64,000 nt of DNA. Source: Octopus vulgaris (lineage: Eukaryota). The notes under the pieces were generated by a model that was not told where the DNA came from, searched no databases, and saw only the letters and a program-made list of their open reading frames with translations. Where the stretch lies: assembly GCA_951406725.2 (NCBI GenBank), contig OX597830.1:45508001-45572000 (forward strand). Reading direction: 5' to 3'. The position numbers and the translations under genes were made by a program. Numbering within the stretch: position 1 is the first letter of the stretch; the number at the start of each line of letters is the position of its first letter. This document shows positions 25,994 to 39,209 of this stretch, piece by piece.

Positions 25994-26319
25994 TAGCCCA
26001 CTCACATCCTCACCCCATTTTACGTGTCCCTCAAATTTTGGAGTCAATCCGATGGGATCTAGTGCCTTTTAACACGTTCCAATGCCAAAACCAGACAAAC
26101 AAACTTTTCGCATTTCAGATTTATAGATATTGATGATGAAGATTAACCTAATATTAAAACTTCTAGGCAATATTTCCATGTCTCACTTTCTCTAAATCTA
26201 ATCAAACAGTGAGTCGCAACGGTTTGGATCCGATTAATACATAATATAAATTGCTCACCTTAAAAATGCAGAATCGTTTTATTTTGCTTTCCTTCGTTCG
26301 GCTAAATAAACTGTTCAAC

Positions 26320-26400
<81 letters not shown>

Positions 26401-26759
26401 GGAATGGAAAATAAAAGCGATCAACCTGAGAAATTTGCTTAGTTGCATTCACTTTGTATACATTAAGGCTATAAACTGAAGATGTGTATATATAGTGCTA
26501 ATGCATGTATATATGTGTATATATATGTGTACATATTACATGTACATCTCTATATATACATCTACACATAAAATACAAAATACAAAGTTATATCTTGATA
26601 TCGCTAGTGATAACAATACTTAAAATATATAACAGACTGGAATTGTAGGCCCGTCTCTTGCAATTTCGTTCATTTGTATCTTGTCCTCCCTCTTGTATAG
26701 AAGTGTGACTACAATGCAGCCTACCTCTACTTCTGGGGGGGGACATTTTAAATTTTTAT

Positions 26760-27430
26760 CTGGGACGTCCTACGTCCCAGATATAAAGGTAAAAATAAAA
26801 TATTTCCACTTTGCAAAGTTCGAGTCGAGTACTCCCTTGCACGCTCCGTTGACTCGAACCTTGCATCTATTGTGGCGAATTTACCGCCTCTGGTTAGATA
26901 TCTTTCATAGTCGCACCAAGACACTTTTCGATGGTGCTTTCCTCCAGGTGTTCAAATCTTTTTTTTTCTCTACATTGTATACTTTATAGACAATAGTCTT
27001 TTCTTTAATTTAATTTTTTATTTCGTTTGGTAGTGTTATCCTTGATTCACCGTCTTTGTCGGTGATCAATCCGAAATAGGTTTGTATTTCTTCCATTTTA
27101 ATTTTAATGAGTTCGCGCCCGCCGACGGCTGCAGCGAAATTCATTTTTGGACTTTCTTCTATCGAAGACATTCTAACAAAAATGCTTCCGTATAAACGGT
27201 GAAAATATTGTCAATTTCCCCAAACAGGGACACACTTCAATTTTTAAACAATAACCAAAGCTCCTTCTCCCAAAGGGGAGGGTTACAGTTTACAATTATT
27301 TAACAAATGCAACACAACGTTTCCCTTACGAGGAACCAACAAACGTGATAACAATAGTTAAACAGTAATAATAATAACAACAAACCTTACGGTGAATCAA
27401 AAAGCAGTACGCAGTTGAAGCTAGTCCATT
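26760..27430 (-). mobile_element. Possible 5' UTR and ORF1 start of an L1/Tx1-like LINE, decayed
   Basis: Minus frame MSSIEESPKMNFAAAVGGRELIKIKMEEIQTYF.. with in-frame stops; FAAAV recalls the SYAAAV motif of LINE ORF1 N-termini. Confidence 0.3.
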
Positions 27431-27619
27431 TCTGCACTTAAATTTTATTTTTTATTTATTCCCATTCATGTGAAATCACTTATTCAAGTTCAAGTCATTG
27501 ATACAATTTTATACCAATTGCTATTTTTACTTTTGTTATGTTACGATTATATTATACTTTAGTTTGATTTTAATTATTACTTACTACATATAATTTAATT
27601 GTTATTATTATCTTTAATT

Positions 27620-27878
27620 TGTATTGTTAAAGTGAAAGTATCTGACATAAAATAGAGAAATGTTTTTGTTTCACTTTTAACACGTAATACTGAAATAGTG
27701 GAGAAGATATGATATTGCTATGGGCTCGCCCTAGGCAAGAAGTTGAACATTTGTTTTGCCCATGAAACTACATGGACCCAAAGTAAGGCATGTGTAAAAT
27801 TTGAATGAAATTGGTTGTGTAGTTCTCAAGTTTTAGGGAAACACAGACAGACACACATTCTCAGTTTTATATATATAT
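27620..27878 (-). mobile_element. Helitron-like non-autonomous fragment (5' part)
   Basis: Ends in acagacacacattctcagttttatatata, like the 5' ends of the other Helitrons in the window. Confidence 0.45.
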
Positions 27879-27915
27879 ACCCACACAAATACTTGGGTGT
27901 GCATGTATATACACA

Positions 27916-27991
<76 letters not shown>

Positions 27992-28289
27992 GAAGGTAAA
28001 AGGGATTCAAAATACCAGGCAAATACCTCTTTAAACTCTCTGCTAACTAAAATTTTCCAGTTAGGGCCACAGTCATGCATATCGGTTGTTATTTCACTTT
28101 CTGCCGTCTGTCCAATTTGTAAATCTGATGTTTAAACGCTGAATGAATTCGGTAAATAAATCACAGAATATAAATAAAAAAAAAAAAAACGCAAAGAATG
28201 AGGATGTGATTATGTCGTTGATAAATCTTTATTGTTAGTGATTTTACACATGAATGTATATAAAGGATCCATTCATCACCCTTCCCCAA

Positions 28290-29188
28290 CATGCGCCACG
28301 TAAGTAATACGTTTCAGAAAAACTTATCACAACAAAAAAGCGCAAAGCACGAAATTAATTTTCTCATTGATTTCGTATTATAAGGTAATGCGTTTCGGCG
28401 GATTTTTCGAAAAAAAAAAGAAGAAAAACGCGTAACGTGAATACTTTTTTTTACTAGAAAAGATGTTGACTAATTGAGTGAGGGATGGTAGGAGTGGAAT
28501 GAAGTTGAGGGACATTACCTTCCACCTTATACTTCATCATCATCATCAACATCTACTGCGAGGCGGAGACCATAACCAAAATTGTTTGGCGTTTATCGCG
28601 CACAATCTCTTTGTGCAGTTCCTCAGTGGAGGAACGAAGCGCACTGTAAACTCCTTTGGTAACTTTTATGCTACATTTGGGATCAGAGTTGATACCAGTA
28701 AAACCTTGAAGACCCCCCCCCTAAAAAGTGCCAAGCCTTTAGTATTATCGTTTGCACTCAATTCAAGCGAAGCTGGCGGAATTTCCGTATTCTTGTCTTT
28801 ATTCTTAGTTTGCTCTTATTCTATCAACATCAGGGCCTCGTCTGATAAACTTTCTCTGTGCAACATAAATCATCCAACCACATCATTCTCTTCTGTGACT
28901 TCTTCAAACCATGTATCATTTGCAAGTGTCATAATATCTTTCCGGATTTAATGGAGATTTTATGCCTGTGAAAAACTTGTAAAGTCATAGATACAATCTG
29001 GCCACGCATTTTCTCAAGCATTACTCAAAGTTGAGAGTTACTCTTTGTCCCATGACTCATCAGCGTTACCCACAGTATTCACAATGTTGATCTTCTTTCA
29101 GAAACCTCTAAAGGTAACTTTATCGTCCTTATAGATTGCTATCGGACGTTATTTGAAATGTCTCCGATATGCCTTGAAGCTTAGCTAT

Positions 29189-29275
<87 letters not shown>

Positions 29276-29560
29276 TATTTCGCATTATCAGAAAGCTCAT
29301 TTAAGTTGATTTGGTGGTTTGGTGCATTGTCTAAGAGGAGCAATGTTTTGTTAAAAATGCCATGTTTGATGCTGTAACTTTCTACTGCAGGACAAAAATA
29401 TGTATTGTAACCAACTCTTCCTAAGGTTCAAGTCATCCTTGTCTTCTTATTTGAGCACAAAATCAGAGGTATATTAAACTTTGTATAACCCTTGAAAGCC
29501 CTTGCATTTTCCGAGTGATACACTTTTGCCAGGCAACCTTTTAGATTAACCAGCAGTTTA
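28290..29560 (-). mobile_element. Decayed Tigger/pogo (DDE_1) transposase fragment
   Basis: VYHSENARAFKG..IPLILCSNKKTRMT then FCPAVESY..KTLLLLDNAPNH, the pogo/Tigger catalytic region; interrupted by (TA)n. Confidence 0.75.
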
Positions 29561-29881
29561 TTGAAGGATGATAGCAAAAACATCATCACCAACAACAACC
29601 ACAAGAACAACACTAGCAACGCCAACATTTCCAACAACAGCACCAACGTCAATAACAACACCAATAACAACAGAATATTTTCTATTCTCGAAGTGAATAA
29701 GTGCAATATGCAGCTGGACGACAAAGATAATATGAAATGCAGACAAACCAATGACGAAATGCTGCCAGGCGTCGCTGTGTGCATAATTACTGACGACATA
29801 AACTAATAGGAAAATTCATTACACAAGAACCGTTCGCTTCCGAAAGAAAACAAAAACTAGCAACATTTATATATATATATA

Positions 29882-30278
29882 CCAGCAGTATCGCCCGGCG
29901 TTGCTCGGGTTTGTAAGGGAAATAACTATATAAGCATTTTTAGAGATGTAAAGTATAATAGCCATCTCAATATGGCTAACCACAAAGGTGGGGGGGTGTT
30001 ACTGTAGCTTTTTACGTTCTGAGATTTAATAATAAATTTTAGAGACTTACTTCCCTTATATATGCCAAAAATGCATTAAAAATGGGAAAACTTGATGGTA
30101 AATTTTTTTTAAATCGTTGACTCATCGTAGACGCGCGCTAATACCCAGAAGGGCTCGATATGAATCACGACTATAAGATACCCGGTTTTGGTTAAACTGC
30201 ACCGCAAAATGTGGGAGTAGTTAGGAATCTAAATCGTAGGAGACAGACAGCACACAACCTCTCTTTTATATATAAAGA
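29882..30278 (-). mobile_element. Non-autonomous Helitron
   Basis: A|TC 5' end at 30278; CTGG|T 3' end at 29882; hairpin cccgagcaacgccggg. Confidence 0.75.
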
Positions 30279-30795
30279 TATACCACTTCTTCCATCTTCA
30301 CCAGTCGTCCTTCCATATTGCACCTGCTCTACCACTACCATTACCGCCTTCAACACGCCCATAACATCATTATGGGACACTTCAATGCACACAATATACA
30401 GTTGAATGGACATCAAGAGAGGTGACATAATACTTCCCAAGAGACCACCTTCTGATTCTCACACTTGTCTACTACAACCAGTTGGTAGCAATCCGCCAAC
30501 CTTCATTGAGACACTTACCATTTATCATCACAACTCTCACTCAGCAATGGAGAAAGCAAAAATACTTTTACAACTCTCCGTCATTCACATAGAGACTGCG
30601 GTTCAACCATTTAACAAAAGAATTAGAGACACACCAAAAATAAACGTTTTCTACAAGTTAAACTAAAAAATACAAACCCAGCACACAAACGCGCGCGCGC
30701 GAGCCAGAAATAGCCAGCCTGATTAAAACCAGAGAAGCTCGAACACAACACGTTAAGACCAACACGAACTGAAATAAAACTCAACATAAACACAC

Positions 30796-30857
<62 letters not shown>

Positions 30858-30867
30858 GTAATAATAA

Positions 30868-30914
<47 letters not shown>

Positions 30915-30933
30915 TAATAACAACAACAATAAT

Positions 30934-31135
30934 CCTTTCTTTATTGGCCACAATGGCCGAACACAAAAACATAGAGGGACAATGCAAAACAAGAGACAAG
31001 CGGGGTTTAAAACAGGAAAACGTGTAAACAATAGAAACAAAACAGTTTAAAAAACATAGCAAAATTCCCCAATATAGGTGAGTTCCACCCAGGGACAACC
31101 AGGCAACCCCATACATCCTGGTCACCCCGATTCCC
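30934..31135 (-). mobile_element. Retroelement 3' UTR fragment with AATAAA and (TAA)n
   Basis: Minus strand tgtccctctatg..ggccattgtggccaataaagaaagg resembles the SINE family B tail. Confidence 0.4.
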
Positions 31136-31152
31136 AATAATAATAACAATAA

Positions 31153-32515
31153 TCCACACTCATGGATAAGGGAATGTTTGAGTATATTCAGTATTGCAGA
31201 CATGAGAGAATGAATTAGCAGACAACATAACAGAATTAACTTTAGCATGAAGAAATGGCAAGTAGATCTCTACTCAGGTAACACTGCCTTAGGGAAAGTT
31301 AATATCGAGGGAGGAATTTTTCAGGGAGACTCATTATCCCCTTTAATATTTGTCTTATGTTTGAGCACCTTCAGTTTAGTATTTAAGAAGGCAAAGGCAG
31401 GGTATTCGTTCAGTTCAGAAATAGTAAGGGAAAATTAACCATTTGCTCTACATGGATGATCCGAAATTTTTTAGTAAGAGTGAAAAAGAGTTAGATTCCT
31501 TAATAAAAACTGTAAGGCTCTTCAGCAAAGATATAGGCATGGAATTTGGTATAGATAAGTATGCAATATGTCATGAAAAGGGGATAGGTAGTCAACAGTG
31601 AAGGCATCCAATTATCTGATGACCAGACGTTGAAATCATTGTAAGAAAGAGAGAGTATTAGAATCTGACAGATTACTAACTACAGAAATGAAAACGAAAA
31701 CTGAGAAGGAGTACATCAGAAGGGAAGCTGATGAAATCAAAGCTAAATGGTCCGAATCTAGTGAAGGCTGTAAATACTTGGGCAGTACCATTACTTAGAT
31801 ACTCAGCACCTTTCGTAGATTGAACAAATACTGAATTAGCAAATTTAGACAGAAGAACTAGAAAGCAATTTAATATGAACGGAGGTCTCCACCCAAGGGC
31901 AGGAGTAGCAAGATTATATTTACCTGGAAAGGCAGGTAAAAGGTTTAATATTAGTAGAAAACTGTGTGGAGTTAGCTAGAGTAGATATAGACTCCTATGC
32001 TGGTAATAGTGAATAAAGTTTATTAAAAGTTGCTGGAGTCATAACAGGACATAGAGAAACCAAAAAGCCAAACGAAGTTAAAAACCAGAAAAAGAACAAA
32101 AGTTCTGCAGGGTAGACTTCTAAAGATAGTTGCAACAAATAGTAATAGTGAGACATTGTTATGGTTGCAGAAAAGAAAGTTGAAACGGGAGACAGAAAGT
32201 TTGTTAGTAGCAGCATAAGATCAAGCATTAAGGACTAATTGGATAAAAGCCAAGACAGATAAGTAGATACTCAATGTAGGTGATGCAAATCGAAAGTGGA
32301 AAGTGTTACTCATATAGTAATTGAATGTAGCATGCTCGCACAGAAAGAATACAAAAGACATGACAACTGGGAGTTATGTAGAAAGCTAGGATTTGAACGT
32401 ACTGATAAATGGTATGAACATGAACCTAGTGAAGTACTAGAAAGTAAGAATTATAAGTTGTCGTGGGACTTTAACATTGAGACTGGCAGTGTAATAGACG
32501 CTAGAGGGCCTTATT

Positions 32516-32578
<63 letters not shown>

Positions 32579-32983
32579 CAGCAGCAGCAGTAGTAGTTGC
32601 AGCAGCAGCAGTAGTAGAAGTAGATAAAGAGAATAGTAAGTGCCAGATGATTGACTTTGTAGTCCCAAATGATTTTAAAAAATCAATATGAGAGGTAGAG
32701 AGAAGATAGCAAAGCACCAGGATCTGGCCATTGAATTACAGAGACAATGGAAAGTGTGCAGATTAAATGTATCCCAGTAGTTATAGGTGCATTGGGAACT
32801 ATCCCTAAGGATTTGAACAGATGGATAGGAGAAACAGACATGAAAATCCAGTTTAGTACAGCTGCAGTAAACAGTGTTATCAGGTTCAGCTAAAATACTT
32901 AGGAGGGTTCTTGGCATCTAAGGTTGTTGTAACCCGATGTAAGGAATTTTTCTTTTCCAACAATCTAATCTGTTGAGTGTATA

Positions 32984-32986
<3 letters not shown>
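31153..32986 (+). mobile_element. 5'-truncated R4/Dong-clade LINE (RT, CCHC, RLE), inserted in (TAA)n
   Basis: GIFQGDSLSPLIF, NHLLYMDD, DIGMEFGIDK, ESVTHIVIECSMLAQKEYKRHDN, WDFNIETG..RPD-like, IDFVVPND and VVIGALG. Flanked by TAA repeats on both sides; many stops. Confidence 0.88.
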
Positions 32987-33058
<72 letters not shown>

Positions 33059-33339
33059 TATAAAAAGAACAGAAAATTAATAAACATTTGTATCGAATGT
33101 AACCTACAAATATACCAGTCAGACACTAGAGGGAGAGAGAGAGAAAGAGTGAGAGGGGGAGGGAGGGAGAGAAAAAGACAGAGAGAGTATTTACGTAGCA
33201 TCAATAATAATAATAACAATGGATATACCAAACACCTTGTCACATAACAACTTCAAATATTTAACACATGCTACAACAAATAAACGAGCTTTATCAGAGA
33301 TAGATCGAAAATCAGTCACCAAGAATTATAAAGTAGACA

Positions 33340-34380
33340 AGAGAACAACTTGCAAACTACCCTACGATTCACTCCCACCAGGCATTCATAAGGCTGTAAA
33401 AAATCTATAAAGTTCAAACGTCTCAGGCCAAACAAATCTTAAACATAAACCCATGATTCCTTACAAATTCTCAGAATTACCAGGAATTGAGTAAAATTGT
33501 AATTGTTCTAAAGACCAACAAAAACTTAAGTGAAACAATTTCATACACACTTATCACTCCTGTGCACTCTCTCGGAGATTCCAGAAATAGCTAATCCTTG
33601 ACTTCTTTAATCCACACATTCATATCTCTAGATCACAGGTTCAAACTATTACACTCAACCACTTTCAAACATATCACAGAAAATACACAATGATTTCAAC
33701 AACTAAAAGTCTCCCACATTTAACATTCTAACAACCATTGACATCAGCAAAGCTCTTGACTCCATTTCTTTCTAGTTACTCATTCAAAACAATACTCAAC
33801 CCTATCTTAGGAAACAACATAAAACGTTGACTGGCAAGCTATTTGTCTCTGGCCAAAAGCCTCTGTAGTATTACAAGAACAATACTTCCAAAAGCAGTAA
33901 TTCTCAACTGGAGTACTACAAGGGTTCGTTCACTTACCCACTCTTTCCAACCTATACCTACACTATCTCTGCGCACCGCTGCAAAACATGCAGACAGTTT
34001 CATACACAGCTAACAAGGCATTCACATCATTTCCACCATTATTATTCATATACTTTTCCATAACTTCACCAACGCTATTTCATTTACCAAGAAACATGGC
34101 TCTACAACGATAGATTGAAAGCATCACTTATCACTTGCCGTTCTGACGAGTAACGCCAACAAACATCAAATACAAGAAACCGTCGCACTCAACAGCTTAA
34201 ACATACAACACATACACACACAGGTGACAAAAGTATTAAGAGTTACAATACAATTCCTACACAATATTTATCATACACATAGAGCACAGAAAAGGAAACT
34301 ATTCGGCGCATAAATGTTCAGCAACCACAGACTCCCATTGAAAGTAAAAAAAAAAACTTGAGAGAACACACAATAATACA
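33340..34380 (+). mobile_element. Highly decayed APE-type LINE RT fragment (Jockey/I-like)
   Basis: Relics TIDISKALDS and GVLQGFVHLPTLSNLYL (compare GVPQGSVLSPTLFNLY). Confidence 0.55.
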
Positions 34381-34882
34381 CACAGTTTGTTAGTGCAGTG
34401 ACCGCCGCTGTGGCTACCACCAGAATATGCGAGCGTACAAAGCAGAGAATACCATGCGCTCAGCTTGTCACTGTTACCTTCTACAATTCATTATTGAATA
34501 TCGGAGGAGGCAGCATGGTCCTCAGTTTGGCGAAAACAACTGGGAAAATGGACCTATGGATCAGAACTTGTTCGGTTGATTAACTGCATGTCATAGTTCT
34601 GTTGGATTAAGTTTCATCCTAGATTACGCAACATCAACAACGACGGCTTTCTTGATAACTGTTCTAGAAATAAATCTCCCTTAAATCATACTCTATCTTT
34701 AAAGGTACATTGGATAATGAAGTTCGAAGTACCTACGCCAAGAAAAGAAAAAGACGAGGAGACTTGGGTTGCCTATGACATTAAGGCGACTCAATTAATG
34801 TCGGCTTATATATATATATATTTATACACATACATACATACATACATACATACATACATACATACATACATACATACATACA

Positions 34883-35182
34883 TGTGGAGGCGCAATGGCC
34901 TAGTGGTTAGGGCAGCGGACTCGCGGTCGCAGGATCGCGGTTTCGATTCCCAGACCGGGCGTTGTGAGTGTTTATTGAGCGAAAACACCTAAAAGAGCTT
35001 CACGAAGCTCCGGCAGGGGGTGGTGGTCCCTGCTGTACTCTCTCACCACTCTTTCTTCTGTTGGCCTGCTCGCTTAGCCAGCGGGGTAGCGTCATTCGAA
35101 GGCTAAAACAATGCGAACGCATTGTGACCAGCGATGTGTAACAACATCTGATGGTCTGGTCGGTCACGTGATCACGTGATCA
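34883..35182 (+). mobile_element. tRNA-derived SINE family C
   Basis: tggcctagtggttagggcagcggac (A box) ... ggtttcgattccc (B box); non-tRNA body; (cacgtgat)n tail. Confidence 0.8.
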
Positions 35183-35185
35183 CAC

Positions 35186-35229
<44 letters not shown>

Positions 35230-35433
35230 TTTTTGTATTTGGTTTGCAAGATTATTTATGTGAATTCGTGTTGAAGCATATTTTATTGTGGTCTGGGGAG
35301 AGTCATTCTATTTTAATATCTTATTAATTAACACTCTCACCGGTTTGATTCCACTCATTTACTTGACCTCGTGTGTACCGTTGGCGATTTTTTTCCCTCT
35401 GTCTTCCCTTCTCTGGATCTTTCCTTCTCCTAC

Positions 35434-35468
35434 GTTTCCGACGAAGAGCTCCGCTCGAAACGTTAAAC
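35434..35468 (+). ncRNA. Minimal hammerhead motif, U4C variant, in a PLE-derived repeat (about 35366-35567)
   Basis: gttt-CCGACGA-a-gagc(tcc)gctc-GAAA-CG-TT-aaac. Confidence 0.65.
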
Positions 35469-35563
35469 CCTCCTTCTTTCCTTTTTTCCTGAGCGTCCAA
35501 TAATACTATATTTGTTCCACGTCCTCGCGTTGTTGTGTTTTTTTTGTGTTTTCTTGTTTGGAT

Positions 35564-35638
<75 letters not shown>

Positions 35639-35655
35639 ATATATATATATGTATG

Positions 35656-35687
<32 letters not shown>

Positions 35688-35688
35688 T

Positions 35689-35733
<45 letters not shown>

Positions 35734-35775
35734 ATATATATATGTATATATATATGTATATATGTATATATATAG

Positions 35776-35812
<37 letters not shown>

Positions 35813-36258
35813 CACAGACAGATGTATGTATTTATGTGTGTGTATATGCACATATATATGGGTAAATGGATACGTTTATGGACAGGTAGATATACAGATG
35901 GATAGGTACATAAGTCATACGGACAGACGAGCACACACACACACACACATACACTCATACATACATACATTCACACATACAGACAAACATGAACACACAA
36001 GCACATGGATATGCAGAATACATACATACGTGCACCCATCGGGACATATATATGCATACAAACACACATACACGCATAGACACATACATGCAAAAGTAGA
36101 TACATACAAACGTGCACACAAGCATATATATATATGCATACATACATACATACACACACACATACATACATACATACATACATACATACATACATACATA
36201 CATAAATACATACATACATACATACATACATACATACATACATACATACATACATACA

Positions 36259-36289
<31 letters not shown>

Positions 36290-36354
36290 GTGTATGCGCA
36301 CGCAAACGCATGCGCCAAAAAAAGGATGGATCCGATAAGGGACAGAATCAACAA

Positions 36355-36391
36355 CTATTGAAAAGGTTGCAAGACGGAACGAAAATTTTAG
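36355..36391 (+). ncRNA. Minimal hammerhead motif, U3-A8 compensatory variant
   Basis: cta-TTGAAAA-g-gttgc(aagac)ggaac-GAAA-AT-TT-tag, followed by AATAAA; same layout as 42146-42195. Confidence 0.5.
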
Positions 36392-36514
36392 CAAAAATAA
36401 ATAAGTAAATGAGTGGACGGACCGGTGAGTGTGTTAAATTAATAAGGCACTAAAAGAGAATGACTCTTCCCAGACACAATAATATGTGTGTGTGTGTGTG
36501 TGTGCATATGTATA

Positions 36515-36579
<65 letters not shown>

Positions 36580-36989
36580 TATATATAATTATATATATTA
36601 TATAGTACATATTTATACATTATATACACACATACATACATATATACACGTTTATATATACATATACGTTTATATATACATATACGTTTATATATACATA
36701 TACGTGTGTGTATCATCCTGAATTAAATTTATTCATTTTTGTATTGCTTGTTTATCCATTTATTGTTTGTCTATTCCCTTTCTGTTATGTTTCGATCCCT
36801 TTCCCGGCAGATCTTGCCGATTGCCACCAGAAGGGAACTCATATTATCGTTAAATGCACGAAATTGCGTTTGACTCTCTGGCTGATAACTGGTGAGGAGT
36901 TGGAGACCTTCTGTGTCTGTTTTCCGTTTCTCTGTGCATTTACTTTATGTTTTTCAACTTGCCATTCTCTATCTACTTTCCGTTCGTTT

Positions 36990-39209
36990 GTGCATTTACT
37001 ACCAAAAGAATGAAATGCACATCTAGATCAGTTCATTGATATCCTCTCCAGATTTCCACTGAGGCATAACATCAACGTCGGACCAAACATTTCAAAACTA
37101 GAAAAGTCTGTCCTTATACGTTTTAAAAATGACAATATAGTGGATAAATGGGATGCCATTGTTATAATGGATACGGAATATTACCGGGATCTAGCTGAAG
37201 TTCAATTGAAGAATACAACATTCTACCGTGAAATACCCTCGAATATTGACTACCGCATCATGAAGAAGCTCAATCATTTGGTCTTGAAGCATTATAACTC
37301 CCTCCTCACTCCTAATGAAAGGGACTACTTTACCAAATTTTAGTCGAAGTTCAGCAACTTCTTTGGCTTACCTAAAATATAAAAGTCAGAAGAAATATAA
37401 AATGCTATAAAAAAACAAAGTAGTGAATGCATAAAGCTACTACAACCGAAATACCTTAAACTAAGACCCCTTATAGCTGGTCCAGCCTGTCCTACACATC
37501 CTCTGAGCCATCCCATCGACACTATCCGAAAACCACTATGTAGTTACATACTCCGTTTCATTTGGGATGACACTGATTTTCTGTCACATCTGCCCCAAAC
37601 GACAGAATCCAATTAAATGTTAGTTTTGACGTTACAAACTTATGTATGAACATTCCACATGATTTGGGAATTACGGCCATAAAATATTGGATCGAGAAAC
37701 ATAAAGAAGTGATTCCCCAGTAGATTTACTGTAGCCTTCATACCAGACGCGGTCAGCCTCATCCTCGAAAACAATACATTACTTTTCAACGGAAAAAAAA
37801 AACTACCTCCAAATTCGAGGCACGCGATTGGTTCCAGTTTTCGTGAACTCAGTATTGGGATACTTGCGATGATTGTTTCCTAAATCCCTAGAAAATATGG
37901 AAGAATTCAGCACCCTCTTCAACAATCTGCACCCTAATCTCAAATTCACAAGAGAAATGAGCAAAACACAATTATCATTTCTTGACATAATGGTAATTAA
38001 AAACAACACCACAATCACAACTGGTATTTACTACAAAAGCACAAAGACACACCAGTACTAAATTTCAAATCATGCCACCCAACACACACAAAACGGAACA
38101 TCCCGTGCTGTCGAGCTAGGTAGGGAAATTTGTACTATAGTAGATGATCCAAATACCTGGAACATACGACTTACGGAACTCAAAGGGTTTCTGCTCAAGC
38201 AAAAATACCCTCTCCTACTTATAAAAAATAGCATGCAACGAGAAAAAGAGATACCTATAGAACAACATAGGGCAACACGAAAAGAACCCATCAACGGAAC
38301 ACAATACCATTTTTAGTAACACACAATATTTTTAACATCATCAAAACAAATTTGCTAATCATAAAATAAAGTGAAAAATTTTAAAAAAACATAATAACTA
38401 ATCAAACACTTACCTTAAGCAAAAAGTTACCACATAACCCAAAGAAACTATTAACAAATTCAACATGAACAAACAGGATAAAACATTCACAGTATCTAAG
38501 TGTAATGATAACAGATGTGGAACGTGTCAATACATGCATACTGGCAGATCCATTAGAACAAAAATGGACAGATTTTCTCAGATGCTGATATGAACTGCGA
38601 AAGCAAAAATTTGATCTACCGCATTAAATGTCCGAATTGTGAGGAACTATATACAGGCGAGACAGAGAATGCATTACCGGAACGCTTATGAGTCCACTGA
38701 CAACAAATCCGAAACACTAATGTTCGCCAAATTCCATTGAGCGAACACATAGAAACATGTGGTCAGAAAATGTTTCTAATTTTTTTCCTTTCCACAAACT
38801 ACATGACACAAGTGAGATTGTAAAAAAGACAAAAGAAAAACGTTTCATTAAAACTTTCAAACCTGTTCTGAACGGAAATAACAAAAATGATATAACAACC
38901 ATTTAATATCTTTAACATATGAATATAAGCAAATTACAGAAGACTCCCACCGAATTAAATAAAAACGATCGAAACCAACTAAGTTTGCTCATTCATAAGA
39001 CCATTACATGTAAACTGCAAGCTAATTGGTTAAAATAATGGCGGGATCTATACCAGTAATATCGGTGCGCCCGGCAAACCGTGACGTTCAAGCTGCATAC
39101 TGATTGGTCAAAACCATATTCGAAAAATTCAGCTTGTCGGTATAAAAAAGAAGTCTCAATTGTCAGTCAATACATTTTGAAATCTGATGATTACTACGAA
39201 CGTATGAAA
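36990..39209 (+). mobile_element. Decayed Penelope-like element (RT and GIY-YIG)
   Basis: DKWDAIVIMD, NFFGLPKI, LRPLIAGPACPTHPLS, LHPNLKFTRE..LSFLD, GIYYKST and GIY-YIG CESKNLIYRIKCPNCEELYTGET. Ends in a truncated HHR core CTGATGA-ttac..gtat-GAAA (39184-39209). Confidence 0.88.

Noticed and set aside
29561-29806. Asn-rich 81-aa ORF
   Set aside because: Degenerate (AAC)n repeat adjoining the Tigger relic.
34883-34960. Apparent tRNA gene
   Set aside because: tRNA-like head runs into a SINE body and tail, with no proper acceptor stem; the same applies to the heads at 19576, 41209, 47547 and 62433.
35512-36721. Many overlapping ORFs rich in YI, HTYI, CV or MYVC (also throughout the window)
   Set aside because: Translations of (TA)n, (TACA)n, (TG)n, (GATA)n, (TC)n and (TAA)n microsatellites.
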